In this document: positions 14,790 through 30,036 of the stretch, one piece after another
Layout of the letters: every line of letters begins with the position of its first letter
Numbering within the stretch: the stretch's first letter is position 1
Origin: Octopus vulgaris
Lineage: Eukaryota
DNA length: 64,000 bases
Direction: 5' to 3'
Assembly: GCA_951406725.2 (NCBI GenBank)
Contig: OX597821.1
Location: forward strand, 83,080,001-83,144,000
Made by a program: the position numbers and the translations under genes
The notes under the pieces: generated by a model
The model's input: only the letters and a program-made list of their open reading frames with translations
What the model was told of the DNA's origin: nothing
The model's database searches: none

Positions 14790-15510
14790 TTTCTTTTACT
14801 TATTTCCCCTCATTAGACTGCAGCCACGATGGGGCACTGCCTTGAGTGATTAATCCAGTGGTTCTCAACCGGAGTCCATGTGGCCCTCGAGGGTCTATAT
14901 AACATTTTGTTGTTAAAATTTATGTGCCATTCACTGGTTATATTTCTACAGCACTCAAAATATATAAACATTTTTGTACACAATTCCTAATAATATTTAA
15001 TCATAAAGATATAATAGGAGTTTTAGACATCGAATGGGTGTGAGGGTCTACCCCTAAGTAAAATACGAATTAAAGGGGCCTTGAGAACCTCTGATTTAGT
15101 CGAACTAGTGACCCCATTACTTATTTTTTTAAAGTCTGGCACTGATTCTATCAGTATCTTTTGCCAAACTGCTAATTTACGGGTCGTAAACAAATCAGTA
15201 CAAGTTGTCTAGTGAGTGGGGTACAACCACAATACTAACCCAGATACGCGCATGCACACACGTACGCGCGCACACACATATATGCTTACATGCATGCATG
15301 CATATACACGCATGGATGCATGTATACATGCATGCATGCATACATACATACATATATACATACATATACATATGTCCATATATACATACATACATATATT
15401 ATGTGTGTGTGTGTGCGCACCGGTCTTCTTCAGTGTTTGCGTCAACCAAATTCAGTCACAAGGCATTGTTCGGACCGAAACAATAATGGAAGATAATTGC
15501 CCGAGGTGCA
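14790..15510 (-). mobile_element. SINE family B, old copy, interrupted by a hAT MITE
   Basis: cattagactgcagcc..., gccaaactgctaatttacggg..., cagtttgcgtcaaccaaattcagtcacaaggc. Confidence 0.8.
14856..15093 (+). mobile_element. hAT (Charlie-type) MITE
   Basis: TIRs cagtggttctcaa / ttgagaacctctg; degenerate 8-bp flanks gattaatc / atttagtc; related copies at 31086-32013 and 51775-52355. Confidence 0.85.
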
Positions 15511-15709
15511 AATACCTGTTTGCACTTCGGTAGCGGGAATAAGCGAACTGTTTTGGGATTGTCTGAACATTCTGAGAATTATCAAACTGTAAGATTTTTC
15601 TAGAATAACTGAATAACAAATTCGGATTCGGCATCAAAAATTACTTCTATATGATACATTAAAAGAAATTTTTTAAAATAGTTATAAACAGTGACGATAA
15701 CCACAAAGA

Positions 15710-15803
15710 TCCTGAAAGGCAAAGTCAACTCCGGCGGAATTTGAACTCAGAACGTAAAGACGGACGATCTACAGTTAAGCGTTTCGCCCGGCGTGCTAAC
15801 GAT
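15710..15803 (-). mobile_element. SINE family A fragment
   Basis: ggcggaatttgaactcagaacgtaaagacggacga...cgcccggcgtgctaacga. Confidence 0.85.
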
Positions 15804-16304
15804 TTGAGGAATACTATTCCCAAAATAAAATAAAAACACTAATGAAAACTATCTTTTCCTTTCTGGAACGAAGTCAGCTGGGCTGAGACGATCGGTTCGT
15901 TCACCTCAGCCAACCAATTACATGTTCCAATTCTGAGTGTCTATTAAAGCTATTTACCTTCGCTTAGTATTCTTAAGAAAGACATAATAATCACACACAC
16001 CCATTCAATTAATTGCCCCTTAAATTCAAAGATTTTTGTGTCTATTTATTTAAGAAATCAATATTCCTGTTCTTCACTCCCTGCATTGAAACTAGAAGCT
16101 TCTGCAAAAATCCTTTTTTTTTTCCTTCAAATTATACGCCATGATACTGACTATCAAATGATTCAGTCGAACCCACACGTTGTTGCTGACCCCTCGTTCA
16201 CCTTTCCTCAAACCTTCAGCTTCATCGATCGGGATCGGTGAACTGAATAATCTTTGTGCTGACCCTACCACGTTCTATATATCATTTATTTATTTATTCA
16301 TTAT

Positions 16305-16387
<83 letters not shown>

Positions 16388-16464
16388 GTTATTATTATTA
16401 TTATTATTATTATCATCATCATCATCATCATCATCATTTATTATTATTATTATTATTATTTTAA

Positions 16465-16527
<63 letters not shown>
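16305..16527. repeat. (TAT)n/(CAT)n microsatellite
   Basis: Direct reading. Confidence 0.97.
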
Positions 16528-16528
<1 letters not shown>

Positions 16529-16931
16529 ATTCTCTGACCTAGTGGCAAATAAATGAAACCGTTATTATCACTATTTCTTTGTCTGTTTTATTTTATTTTA
16601 TTTTATTTTATTTTATTTCATTTTCTGCACCTAGATTGTCAAACGGTCCACTGCCCATATTTCGTCAGCTGCATGACACAAACAACGGCTGGCATCGACA
16701 CAAATCTTGATTATCAAATCAAGTTTTACCATCTGACTACATTGTTACCTCTAGGTTGTACGAAGACTGATTCCCACGTATTGTATATAAGAAGCAATAC
16801 AGGTGGGAACAAGTTAAGTCACCTTGAATACGAAGGCAAGTGATATAAAATTACGGGCATTATTGTACGTCTTGTATTATTCATTACGTAGAGTTTTTCT
16901 AATTAATCTTTTTGATACCAACTATGCATAG

Positions 16932-17262
16932 GCACAGGCGTGGCCGTGTAGCAAGAAGCTTGCTTCCTTATCACACGACTCCAGATGTGTGTGTGTGTAT
17001 GTGTGTGTGTGTAAGTGTGTGTATACGTGTGTGGTGTGTGTGGTGTGTGTGTATGACGGTGTTTTCTCTTTCTACTGATTGACAGCTGGTGTTGGTTTGT
17101 CTACATCCTCGTAACTTAGCGGTTCGGCAAGAGACCGATAGGATAAATACCAGGCTTAAAACAAGGGAGCGAGTCATGCGACTAAAAAAAAAAAGAAAAA
17201 GAAAAGAATTATTGAAGGTTGTGCTCCAGCATGGCCGCAGTCTAATGACTGAAACAAATAAA
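16932..17262 (+). mobile_element. SINE family B with a deleted middle
   Basis: Head ggcacaggcgtggccgtgtag; tail gtaacttagcggttcggcaagagaccgat...ccagcatggccgcagtc. Confidence 0.85.
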
Positions 17263-17369
17263 TGATGTAGCTTTATCATGGTCATTAGTTACTTTAGATC
17301 CCATTATATAGTTATGTAAAACAGCGAATCAACTGAATCATTTGTATGTCGAAGAAGAAAGTTTTGAGG

Positions 17370-17520
17370 CATTTCTTCCACTTCTTTCAGTTCTGAGCTC
17401 AAATGCCGTCGAGGTCGACTTCGCTTTTCGTTCTTTAGGAATCGATAAAATAAAGCACAAGTCAAGTGCTGAGGTTGATGTGATCGGCTAGGCTTCTCCT
17501 ACCTAATCCCATGCCTTTTG
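17370..17520 (+). mobile_element. SINE family A, degraded
   Basis: ctgagctcaaatgccgtcgaggtcgactt...tcgataaaataaagc. Confidence 0.75.
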
Positions 17521-17864
17521 CGTGCGCATGTATATATGTGTATGTGTAAGCATGTTTGTGTGTATGTATGTATGTTTGTTTGTATGTCATTATTCAGTTT
17601 TATTTCAAGATTTTTTTGCCAATAGAGAAAGAACCGGTTTCTAACCTAGATCCAAGTCTCCTTCACTGGAATTTCAACATCAACAACAGAGTATTTTTGT
17701 TTCTTTACTTCTATGTATGTATGTATGTATGTATGTATGTATGTATGTATGTATGTATGTATGTATGTATGTATGTATGTATGTATGTATGTATGTATGT
17801 ATGCATGCATGCATGCATGTATGTATGTATGTATGTATGTATGTATGTATGTATGTATGTATGT

Positions 17865-18182
17865 GTTGATTTGTATGTTTTATGTATGTATTCTCATGCA
17901 TATAGTTGCACATCTAGATATACTCATATATATTTAAATGATGAACTTCTGGAAAGTTTTACAGATTTGTACAGTTCCAGTGATGGATTATATCTGTAGT
18001 CTTCGAGTTATCTTTCTCCTTTCTGGTTTTGAGAAGCCTAATTTCTCAAGATTGGTATTTAGGCAGTGTGTTACATATCCCAGGGCTCCAATATTTACAG
18101 GTATAAACCTGGACTTGTAATCTGGATAGAGCAACTGCAGATTTCTCAATAGTTCAGCATAGGTGCTCTCTTTTTCACTGTT
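17865..18182 (-). mobile_element. R4/Dong-type LINE 3' end (restriction-like endonuclease C-terminus plus 3' UTR), 5'-truncated
   Basis: Closely matches 59310-59612; (TATG)n on both sides. Confidence 0.88.
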
Positions 18183-18209
18183 ATGTATGTATGTGTGTAT
18201 GTATGTATG

Positions 18210-18243
<34 letters not shown>

Positions 18244-18315
18244 TGTATGTATGTATGTATGTATTATGTATGTTTGTATGTATGTATGTATTATGTATGT
18301 ATGTATGTATGTATG

Positions 18316-18346
<31 letters not shown>

Positions 18347-18891
18347 TATGTATGTATGTATGTATGTATGTATGCATGTATGTATGTATGTGAACATGTG
18401 TGTGTGTATGTATGTATGTATGTATGTATGTATCTATTATGTATGTATGTATGTATGTATTATGTATGTATGTATGTATGTATGTATGCATGTATGTATG
18501 TACGTGTGTGCATATGTTTGGGTGTGGGTTTTGTCTCCTCCTTCCCGCAATCTGTCAACAAAGCACGCTATATTGCAGACAACACAAGGCAACGCGCTGT
18601 GTTCCACCCCAGACTGTACACACACCACCTCCACCACAGTTTGAATGGCAGACGTAAGCAATCTTTGCTGATGGTTTATTGAAGACAAAACTAATCGATC
18701 CCCATTTCAAGCTGATGAATGCTCTGTGGCGTATCCAGAGAATTTATTTTCACAGCAAATTTAAAATGTTTAGTAAACATATGGTCATGTTTCCATATAA
18801 ATATTTCTTCATGACCCACGAATATAAGTACTCTGAATATATATAGATATATGCACGCGTGCACATGTGTTTATATATATATATATATATA

Positions 18892-19172
18892 ATGAAGGCG
18901 CGTGGTCTTGTGGTTAGGATATTGCACTCGTGATCTAGCGATTGCCGGTTCAAATCTCGGACCGAGTGGCATGTTGTGATTTTTAATTAAATACTTCATT
19001 TCACGTTGTTCCAGTCCATTCAACTGTAAATTGATGACCCTGTGATGAACTATTGGTCTGATCACCAAACCAGTGAGGTGGCATCATTTGAAAGCGAAAA
19101 CGATTCCAAGCGCATTGTGACCAGCGGCGTTTAACAACATCTGATAGTGTGGTCGATCACATGATCTCGTGA
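18892..19172 (+). mobile_element. tRNA-headed SINE (family C-type head, V-like core remnant)
   Basis: tgaaggcgcgtggtcttgtggttagg A box, ggttcaaatc B box, accctgtgatgaact. Confidence 0.75.
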
Positions 19173-19194
19173 TGTATGTATACGTATTTAAATT

Positions 19195-19250
<56 letters not shown>

Positions 19251-19253
<3 letters not shown>

Positions 19254-19475
19254 TTTCTTTTATCTCTTTTACTTGTTTCAGTCATTTGACTGCGGCCATG
19301 CTGGAGCACCGCCTTTAGTCGAGCAACTCGACACCGGGACTTATTCTTTGTAAGCCCAGTACTTATTCTATCGGTCTCTTTTGCCGAACCGCTAAGTGAC
19401 GGGGACATAAACACACCAGCATCGGTTGTCAAGCAATACTAGGGAGACAAACACAGACACACAAACAAATACACG

Positions 19476-19540
<65 letters not shown>

Positions 19541-19675
19541 GACAGGCTTCTTTCAGTTTCCGTCTACCAAATCCACTCACAAGGCATTGGTCGGCCCGGG
19601 GCTATAGCAGAAGACACTTGACCAAGATGCTATGTGGTTGGTTAGCAAGCTCCTTACCACACAGCCACTCCTACG

Positions 19676-19678
<3 letters not shown>
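19251..19678 (-). mobile_element. SINE family B, young
   Basis: Near-identical reverse complement of 51840-52276; internal (AT)n. Confidence 0.94.
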
Positions 19679-19730
<52 letters not shown>

Positions 19731-19989
19731 ACATACACACACATAAAAGTGGAGTTTTCTAAAACATTTCTCCAGAATATTAGTCTCTGGTTCTTCGTGA
19801 TACAACAAATATAAATACATGTTAATGTTTGTATGTATATATAATGAAGAAAATTGTTGTATGCAGTGCTCAGGTGCACTACAACTTTAAAAAAAAAATT
19901 TTTTAAAGGCCATCAGGTTTACTGTTGCCAGATTTCAGGAAGCATGGAGATTTTTAAAGATTTAGTGTCTCCATTTGCGCTATTCCTAG

Positions 19990-20420
19990 TGACATCAGAA
20001 CATTAAATTTATTGGTAAAAAATTACTACATAGAGACTGCTCTATCAGTAAAGAAACAATCCATCGTAGAGTCTGCTATTCTTACCTGGGTCTCCAATCC
20101 CTTCACATCAAATCATAACAAACTACAGCGAATACAAATATCACACTCCACATGATCACAGACTAAACACAGACCTCACACATAAGCCATCTACAGCACT
20201 GAATAAATGTAATCGGAATAAAAGACCATCTGCTTCAGCAACGATACAAAAATATTTGCTGCAACAAGTTCTGACTTTCATATTCGTTGATAATCTACGT
20301 TCAGTCACTGTCACAACACTTCAACGCACTCCGGGATATCACTACAACACCGTCCTAACAATTCTGCTTTTCACACTTAACCCGGTCAGAGTAATAAGCG
20401 AAAACTCATACATCTGCTGA
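19990..20420 (+). pseudogene. Decayed LINE post-RT region (I/Jockey-like)
   Basis: SAILTWVSNPFTSNHNKLQRIQ...SHLQ...GIKDHL resembles the YA.P.W..S..KLQ..QN..ITG..HLH..I..HL pattern; stops and frameshifts. Confidence 0.45.
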
Positions 20421-20593
20421 TATAATTGGCAGTGTGTCTCCTCTTTGTTTGTCCGTTCCCTTGAAATGAGTATCAAAGGCAATTAGCTGCTATGATATTT
20501 TCACCGTTTTGCTGTATTTTGTTAGACAGTTAGCTGGACACTGAGTAGAAATCTACATTCTAAGTTTAACTATACACATATAACTTATATATA

Positions 20594-20817
20594 CCGTATT
20601 TGATGTCGGTATATAAGACTCATAAAACATATAAGACACACTTTTCTTCTTAAGAAAGTGTCGCAACAAAAAAGTTTTAATCACCCCGGATCCGATATGT
20701 GAAGTTGGACCTCACGTAATCTTTGATGTACTAAACACTTATTTTTCTATCAATATGCGCTGTTGAAAGTGAAGTGTGCCTGATAGGCCTGTGCAAACTT
20801 TATACTCTCAAATACGG
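20594..20817. mobile_element. pogo/Tigger-type MITE
   Basis: ta|ccgtatttga...tataaga and tttatactctcaaatacgg|tg termini. Confidence 0.7.
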
Positions 20818-21444
20818 TGGTTATGTATGTAAATATATACATATATTAAATAATATAGAGGAAAAAAGGAGGATTTTAAATATATTTTCTTGCAAGTGAT
20901 TATCTATAAAATTCAGCATTTATTTCCCAAAGGATTTTTCACGAATACCCACTTGCTGTAATAAAAATAACAGTAGGTCAAAGTATTTTACTCGATATAA
21001 AAATAAAAATAAAATAAATAAAATATAACAGACATAGAAGAAGCAGAACATTTGTCTCCGTCCAACCAAGCCTCCTTTGTCCGCCCACGTAGTGGACACT
21101 TAGCTTCATATTTGTCATCTGACCTCACACATTGTTTAATATACAATACGCAACAAAACAAGAGACCTCTGTGTGATATCGGAACATATTCAGATGGCTT
21201 AGATGCTCGTTAACCTGGTATTTCCTATAGGGGATGGGCAGCCTCATCCAGAGGGCTGTGAAGGATGAGTGGGTGGTAGTCACTATATTCGATACCTTAG
21301 CAAAGGAAACAGAATTGCATGGAATGCAAACTCTGTTTAGAAAGAGTGGAGAAGGGGTGAAAAGCATTTAACAGAAATCTCGGTGAGATCTTAGTATTTT
21401 TAGGAGAAAGTATAACTCAATGATTAAAAATGTCGTTTCTCAAC

Positions 21445-21594
21445 CTTATGACTTCGCTTTCAGCCCCACTGCATGACATATTAGGCAAGTGTCTTTTACT
21501 ATATCTTCTGGCCAACCAATGCCTTGTGAGAGGATTTCTTTGATGGAAACTGTGTGCAAGCCGGTCGTGTATGCTCGTGTGCGTGAGTCCGAGT

Positions 21595-21645
<51 letters not shown>

Positions 21646-22310
21646 GTGCCTTACCGTTAGACAACCAAGCGCGTCGACGTACCTAAAACTTATATTTATT
21701 AGCGACAATGGTAGTATTAATATCGAGAAGTAATACTTATCCTCAATTAAACGTGGATGTTCTATCAGATCAAACTATACTGCGATAGTTACCATGAGAG
21801 AAACTCCCATATTGGACTTTGATGCCAAATGTACGCTTTTTTTTTATGTCTCTAGTAGGGAAATAAATCCCTGCCATCTCCAGCACTGAGACCACTCGAT
21901 CACGAAATTTCGACTTTCCTTGATCGAGCGGTCGAACATCCGTCATTGACAAGACCAAAGAAAGTCGAAATCCCGTGATCTAATGGTCTTGGGGCGGGAA
22001 GTGCCGGGGATTTATCTTACCCCGCTAACGATATAGACAAAGGTACATTTTCCTCTAAAAGCCAATATGAGAGTTTCTTTCATGGTAACTATTGCAGTAT
22101 AGTTTGTCAAAACAGAATATCCACATTTAAGCGGAGATAAATATTACCGCTATACTTTGCGTTTCAGCAAAAAAGGTACGGGTAGAATAAGCACCAGAGG
22201 AAAGTAAGTACTGGGATCCATTTGATTCGCTAAAACACTTAAAGAGGGGGCTCCAACATGGCAGCAGGCCATTGAATGAAACATGTAAAAGTATAAAAGA
22301 ATAAAAGAAT
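21445..22310 (+). mobile_element. SINE family B (old) hosting a fold-back element
   Basis: Head 21445-21570, (GA)n, tail 22155-22310. Confidence 0.75.
21730..22147. mobile_element. Fold-back / long-TIR MITE (~195-bp diverged arms)
   Basis: caaactatactgcgatagttaccatgagagaaactcccatattgg vs ccaatatgagagtttctttcatggtaactattgcagtatagtttg; complementarity continues to ttcgactttc / gaaagtcgaa. Confidence 0.88.
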
Positions 22311-22729
22311 TATTTGTGGGTGGATTCTGTCAGTTTGAGCGGTGCTGGTTTAACCATTGCATGTCAAAGAGCACAGTATGGTTGTCAACCGAATGGGAAG
22401 GGCAGAAGGCATATTAGGTGCTTGGGGTTTGCGGTTGCACTAAATCATTTCGGTTGACAGCTTATATGGCAGAGGGCTTTCCCATCAACCGTGTGTGGTT
22501 CTTGCTGCACCACAAAACTTGGCGAAAAAGGATTGTCAGCTTTAAAAAAATTTTAATTTGGCAAGTAAGCGGTTTTTTTCATTTTGTTTAATGGTGTTTA
22601 AATTGAGGAAAGGCAAGCAGCAGATGCAAAAATGTACATAGAATAGGGATGACAATAAGGGGTAGAACAAAATCAGAACAAAGGGTATAAAAAATAAAAT
22701 TGCACTTCACACCCTCTGCGTCTATAAAC

Positions 22730-24858
<2,129 letters not shown>

Positions 24859-24966
24859 AAGCCTTCGCACTAGATACCTGGAGGTACTTACCATGTTACC
24901 CGGTGAGCGAGCAAGATAAGTAGACCACCAAATTGCTAACTATCTTGATAAAAGTGAGGGATGAAT

Positions 24967-25112
24967 TTTAAGGCAGTAATATTATTTTCCTTTTCCGAGA
25001 AGTATGGGTGGCAACACCAGACATGTTTTGATGAGGACAAAATAATGCCAAAACATATCTGGTGTTGTCTCCCATACTTTTCGGTAAAAGAAAATAATAT
25101 TACTGGCATAAA
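24967..25112. repeat. Inverted repeat (~60-bp arms) with a decayed hammerhead-like core in the loop
   Basis: cagtaatattattttccttttccgagaagtatgggtggcaacaccagacatgttttg / caaaacatatctggtgttgtctcccatacttttcggtaaaagaaaataatattactg. Confidence 0.85.
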
Positions 25113-25199
25113 ATATGTTGATAGTTTTGGAATATCATGCAAAATTACATGTGCAAATAATCAGAGATTTTATTTATTTATTTATTTATTCATTTATTT

Positions 25200-26300
25200 G
25201 TACCAAGAAATGACAGTATTGTCCGATTCTTATTCGCAGTTTGCCAAGGTTGACCAGAATTTGCAAATGTTGCTACCAATACGTTTGTACCGACAATATA
25301 CCCAAATATTTCCTATAAGTTCATCTGAATTCAAATCTGAACTCTGACCTAATCACATCATTTTCACTGTTTTATTCTTTTCTCTTTTTTCCCCCTTTTC
25401 TTTTTACCTTTGTGGCCATCGTCATATTGCAAATTACTGTTTCTTTTTATTTTTTACTAGCAGTATCGCCCGGCGTTGCTCGGGTTTGTAAGGGAAATAA
25501 CTATATAAGCATTTTTAGAGAGTTATAGCCAAAAAATAGCAAAAAAATGCATTAAAAATGGAAAAAAAATTATGGTAAATTTTTTTAAATCGTTGACTCA
25601 TCGTAGATATTTTTAGAGAGTTACTTCCCTTATATAATAGCGAAAAAATGCATTAAAATGGAAAAAATGATGGTAATTTTTTTTTTTAATCGTAGACTCA
25701 TCGTAGACGCGCGCTAATATCCAGAAGGGCTCGATATGAATCACGACTATAAGATACCCGGTTTTGGTTAAACTGCACCGCAAAATGTGGAAGTAGTTAG
25801 GAATCTAAATCGTAGGAGACAAACACACAACCTCTCTTTTATATATAAAGATGGCAAGAAATAATGTTTGGAAACCAGGAAGTATTCCTTTTTCTAGCAG
25901 TTTTGTATATTCCAAGGAAGTAATCTGCAGATGTTAAAGTTATAAGCTCACCAACATCTGCAGATAAAAATGCACCGTATGCCATAATTCCACCTACACC
26001 ATTCTTCCTCCTGTCGTTGAAAAACAATAAGGATGAAATCTCTGACAAAGCTCTGCAAAGACAGTGTTAGGCCGCATCATTACGAAGTTCAAATATTGAT
26101 TTATCACTCCAGAAGACTTTCTAAAAGAAGTCCGAATCACAGTTGACATGTTTAGCCAAAAATGCAATTTGCTATTATCGTTTTCCTTGGTTAACAGAGG
26201 CTTTCGTCTCTTTAGTAGCTTGAAGAAATCAGAGTATCTTGTGCCAGTTTCACGAAGAACAGTGATTTGATTTTTAACATCCTCATCAGCATGGAATTTC
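25200..26300 (-). pseudogene. Tc1-family transposase relic interrupted by a Helitron
   Basis: RRKPLLTKEN...; KNGVGGIMAYGAFLSADVGEL (Tc1 KHGGGSIMVWG); QSSDLNSDE..NIW at ~25285-25330 (Tc1 QSPDLNPIENLW). Confidence 0.8.
25457..25851 (-). mobile_element. Non-autonomous Helitron
   Basis: Minus strand begins TCTTTATATATAAAA and ends with GC hairpin cccgagcaacgccggg plus ...CTAG; inserted between A and T with no TSD; internal ~98-bp duplication. Confidence 0.9.
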
Positions 26301-26375
26301 TTCACGTTTGAAGTCATATCTAACAAAAAAAAAAAAAAGAAAAATATTATCTAGCTATCAGAAGGTGTAATTAAA

Positions 26376-26596
26376 GCTCTTTTACGCTTTTACTTGTTTC
26401 AGTCATTTGACTGCGGCCATGCTGGAGCACCGCCTTTAGTCGAACAAATCGACACTAGGACTTATTCTTTGTAAGCCAAGTACTTATTCTATCAGTCTCT
26501 TTTGCCGAACAGCTAAGTTATGGGGACGTAAACACACCAGCATCGGCTGTCAAGCGATGTTGGGGGCAGGGGGACAAACACATACACACAAACACA

Positions 26597-26678
<82 letters not shown>

Positions 26679-26844
26679 TACGACGGGCCTCTTTCAGTTT
26701 CCGTCTACCAAATCCACTCACAAGGCTTTGGTTGGCCCGAAGCTATAGTAGAAGACACCTGCCCAAGGTGCTACGCAGTGGGACTGAACCCGGAACCATG
26801 TGGTTGGTAAACAAGCTACTTACCGCGCAGCCACTCCCACACCT
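26376..26844 (-). mobile_element. SINE family B, full length, young
   Basis: Complete head, core and tail with internal (TACA)/(TA). Confidence 0.95.
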
Positions 26845-27559
26845 ATTAACACGGAACTTTGATTTATGCACTAAAAAGAAAATTGTGCACACTTCTATTT
26901 AAAAGTACTTTTTTAAACACTATAATCCGTTTCCTATACGTACAAATTTTCTACTGACATTCCAGTGGTCAGAGAAGCCGGAGGTCAGGGAGTCTCTCCA
27001 TGTCGTGCCGCTACTTCTACACATTGAGAGGTCACACTCACACTGGACACACTTTTTAAAGAGTAAAGGTGTTTGTCGATACCCTCGACTCACTGCATAA
27101 CGTATTTTATTTTCATCGCCCGCAGAGAGATTAAAGGCATAGTTGATTTCGGTAGTATTTGAACTGAGAACATAAACAGCCGGAAGAAATACCACAAGAT
27201 ATTCTTTCCAAAGCCCTCACAATTTTGCCAGCTCTCCAGTAATTTCTTTTATTTGTCACGAGGGTAGGTGGGATGATATTAAATGAAGGGGACGTTATAA
27301 GGACTTACTACACAGTGCCTGGGCGTTCACATAAAACGGAATGATGAAGTAAAAAACGGGATATGATAAATAAACACATATTCATCACACAAATTCATGG
27401 ACGATATAAGCTTACAGATAATAGGAGGCCATCACAAGGTTCAGTCCTTGTTGCAAGACGGTGACTTGTGTGTTTCAGTAACCTAGAGAGCTATGGAAGT
27501 GGAGCGCAAGCTCCTGGTAGAGGCTCTCATGCAAGTCAAAAGACAGACACTAGAATAGT

Positions 27560-27830
27560 ATGGGGCAGCTTTTCCCTGAGGTAGAAATGAGTTAGGGTTG
27601 GATCTACACCTCTACCTACAAAAAAGCAAAGTTACTAAAGCATCGGCAGCAGTTCAAAACCAACTCTTTCAAAGAAACATATACCTACAAGGGAGATGGA
27701 AGAGGGGACGCCCTAAAAATAGCTCGACGCGGGATACTGAAGCAGAAAGGAAAAGCAGGAAAGATAGTCCGGAGCAGAGAACAGTGGAGAAAAAGTCGAC
27801 GATAGTGAGCGAAGGGCTTAACACATAATA
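27560..27830 (+). mobile_element. RTE-type LINE derivative (3' end motif)
   Basis: LQGRWKRGRPKNSSTRDTEAE matches the RTE C-terminal G.R.RGRP..TW motif. Confidence 0.6.
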
Positions 27831-28079
27831 GGAGGTCCTCCAACAAGGAACAGCCAAGAAACCCTATATATCTAAGATCACCCTGATTATTAACGAGAAT
27901 CGCTCGCTCACGAATTTTGCTCTGCTACCCAGAAGCACATGCCTAGGGTAGTTCGATCCGCTTCAATTATTTCTGCTACAGTCACGCACTTTTTGATGCA
28001 CTCATTGGAGGAGGGCACTACCCTCTCCACCTTCATCTCCCTTTCAAAATGGAACTTGAATAATAACAATAATAATTGC

Positions 28080-28710
28080 TTCTAATTTAGGAATAAAGCT
28101 AGCGAGTTGAAAGAGTGGGGTTTAGTCGATATTATTGGCCTCAGTGCTTGACTGATACATTTCATCGACCGCGAAAGGCTGAAAGGCAAATTAATTTCGG
28201 CGGGATTCGGGCTCAGATATTAAGGACCTGGAACAAATACAGTAAAACATTTTGTTCGACGCTCTACCGATCCTGAAAAAAAAAAACACTCTCATAATTC
28301 TTTCTAATTTAGGCATAAGTTTAGCAATTTTATGGGGAAGGGCAAGTCGATTATATCGAGCCAGTATTTGACTAATACCTTATTTTATCGACGCCAAAAA
28401 GATAAAGGGAGGTTTGACATCACCGCGTCTTGACTATAGAAAGTAAGGAGCCAAAGAAATACTGCAAGGCATTTATTCCAATGCAGTTACGATTTTGTCA
28501 TGACATCAGCTGCGATAAATTTTAATTTAGACACAAGGCCAGCAATTTTGAGAGGAAGTTTAGTCGATACCATCCACTCCAGTACTTGACTGGTATTTTA
28601 TTCTTATCCAAGAAGATGAAAGGCTAAGTTGATCACGGTGAGCTTTGAACTCAGAACGTAAGGAGCTAGAGCAAATATGTCATAGCGGTTTTTTCTGACG
28701 CTCCAACGAC
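28080..28710 (-). mobile_element. Three head-to-tail degraded SINE A copies
   Basis: Each begins (plus strand) taatttag..a.aagg.cagcaatttt...agtcgat at ~28083, ~28304 and ~28523. Confidence 0.82.
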
Positions 28711-28729
28711 GCTCTAACAACAAGTGTTA

Positions 28730-29060
28730 TTTCCCATTTGCTTCAATCTAGATATCGAAGGAAATGACTACTATTCCCTTCCAACTTTGCTTTTGTCACC
28801 TGGACATCAATGTTTTGAAACTGACCTATTTTCCATTACATTTAAGACAGATTCAGTGCTGGATTACTGAAGCAGAAATACTGTTATAACAAATATTCTG
28901 CTCAATACCACAGATTTGTTGCCTGTTGCTTAACCTTAACCACTTGAGCAAGTTCCTTAGTAGCTGGCAATATGTGCATTTCTGATCATGAGCAGGTGTA
29001 GTGGGAGTGGGAATCATAGTCATGTGTTGTGAAGGATTCTTTGGAGTTTGAACAAATGAA
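28730..29060 (+). mobile_element. Old copy of the retroposon family seen at 52.5 kb
   Basis: caataccacagatttg...accttaacca.ttgagca...gatcatgagcagg is the reverse complement of 52810-52960. Confidence 0.8.
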
Positions 29061-29462
29061 ACAAAAGTAAAGTTTAAAGGGAATATTAGCCATTTTTGAT
29101 ACTTTCTAGAGGTGAGCAAATAGGAAATAATTTGTTAACTCAGGACGAATATCGTGTCACACAGTGTAATAAATACATAAATAGATAAGTTATTTTCTCT
29201 GTTTTGGTTGCTGCTCTAGAGCGTTAACCGAAACGAATCAACCTTAACCAAGAATTGAAACCAGTCAGTGCACATGACTCGACAGTAACTTAACTCTGTC
29301 TCTCTGTCTCTCTCTTTCAACAGAGCACACCTTAATGCCGTAAAAAAGGTCAATTACCGTAACACAAGCTAAAATTAGTTTTAATTTCCTAGGGTACGTT
29401 TGGCTTCATGACATTTAGTTCGGCTTTTGCACGAGACTAATGAGCTGCTGTCGAAGGCAAAA

Positions 29463-29516
<54 letters not shown>

Positions 29517-29840
29517 GCGCGCGTGTTGGTGATATAAATAGGTCGAAAGGTAAGTGATCATGTGTGTTTGTAGTAGTAGTTGTAATAGTCGTCGTTCTTG
29601 GTGCTGCTGGTGGTGGTGGTGGTGGTGGTGGTCGTCGTCGTCGTCGTAATAGTAGTAGAAGTAGTGCACCTGTAATTCGAAGAAGACAGCGAATACCTCA
29701 CCTAGTTAAAGATTGTTGTTCTTTGAGACTAGCTTTAAAGGTACACAGGTAAGTCAGTCAATGGTTGTGGACGGAATACTCAGCCAATGAAAATCGCTGA
29801 AAATCGATAGCGATCCGTTTCCTAGTTTGCTAGGTTGTGT

Positions 29841-29903
29841 ACTACTACTACTACTACTACTACCACTACCACCACCACCACCACCACCACCACCACCACC
29901 ACC

Positions 29904-29956
<53 letters not shown>

Positions 29957-30036
29957 CACCACCACCACCACCACCACCACCACCACCACTACTACTACTA
30001 CTACTACCACCACCACCACCACCACCACCACCACTG

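Noticed and set aside
21130-21380. Possible CR1-like 3' end on the minus strand (SFTALWMRLP)
   Set aside because: Too short and degraded to call.
24936-25347. Similar ORFs on opposite strands (VILFSFxEKYG)
   Set aside because: Artefact of the inverted repeat.
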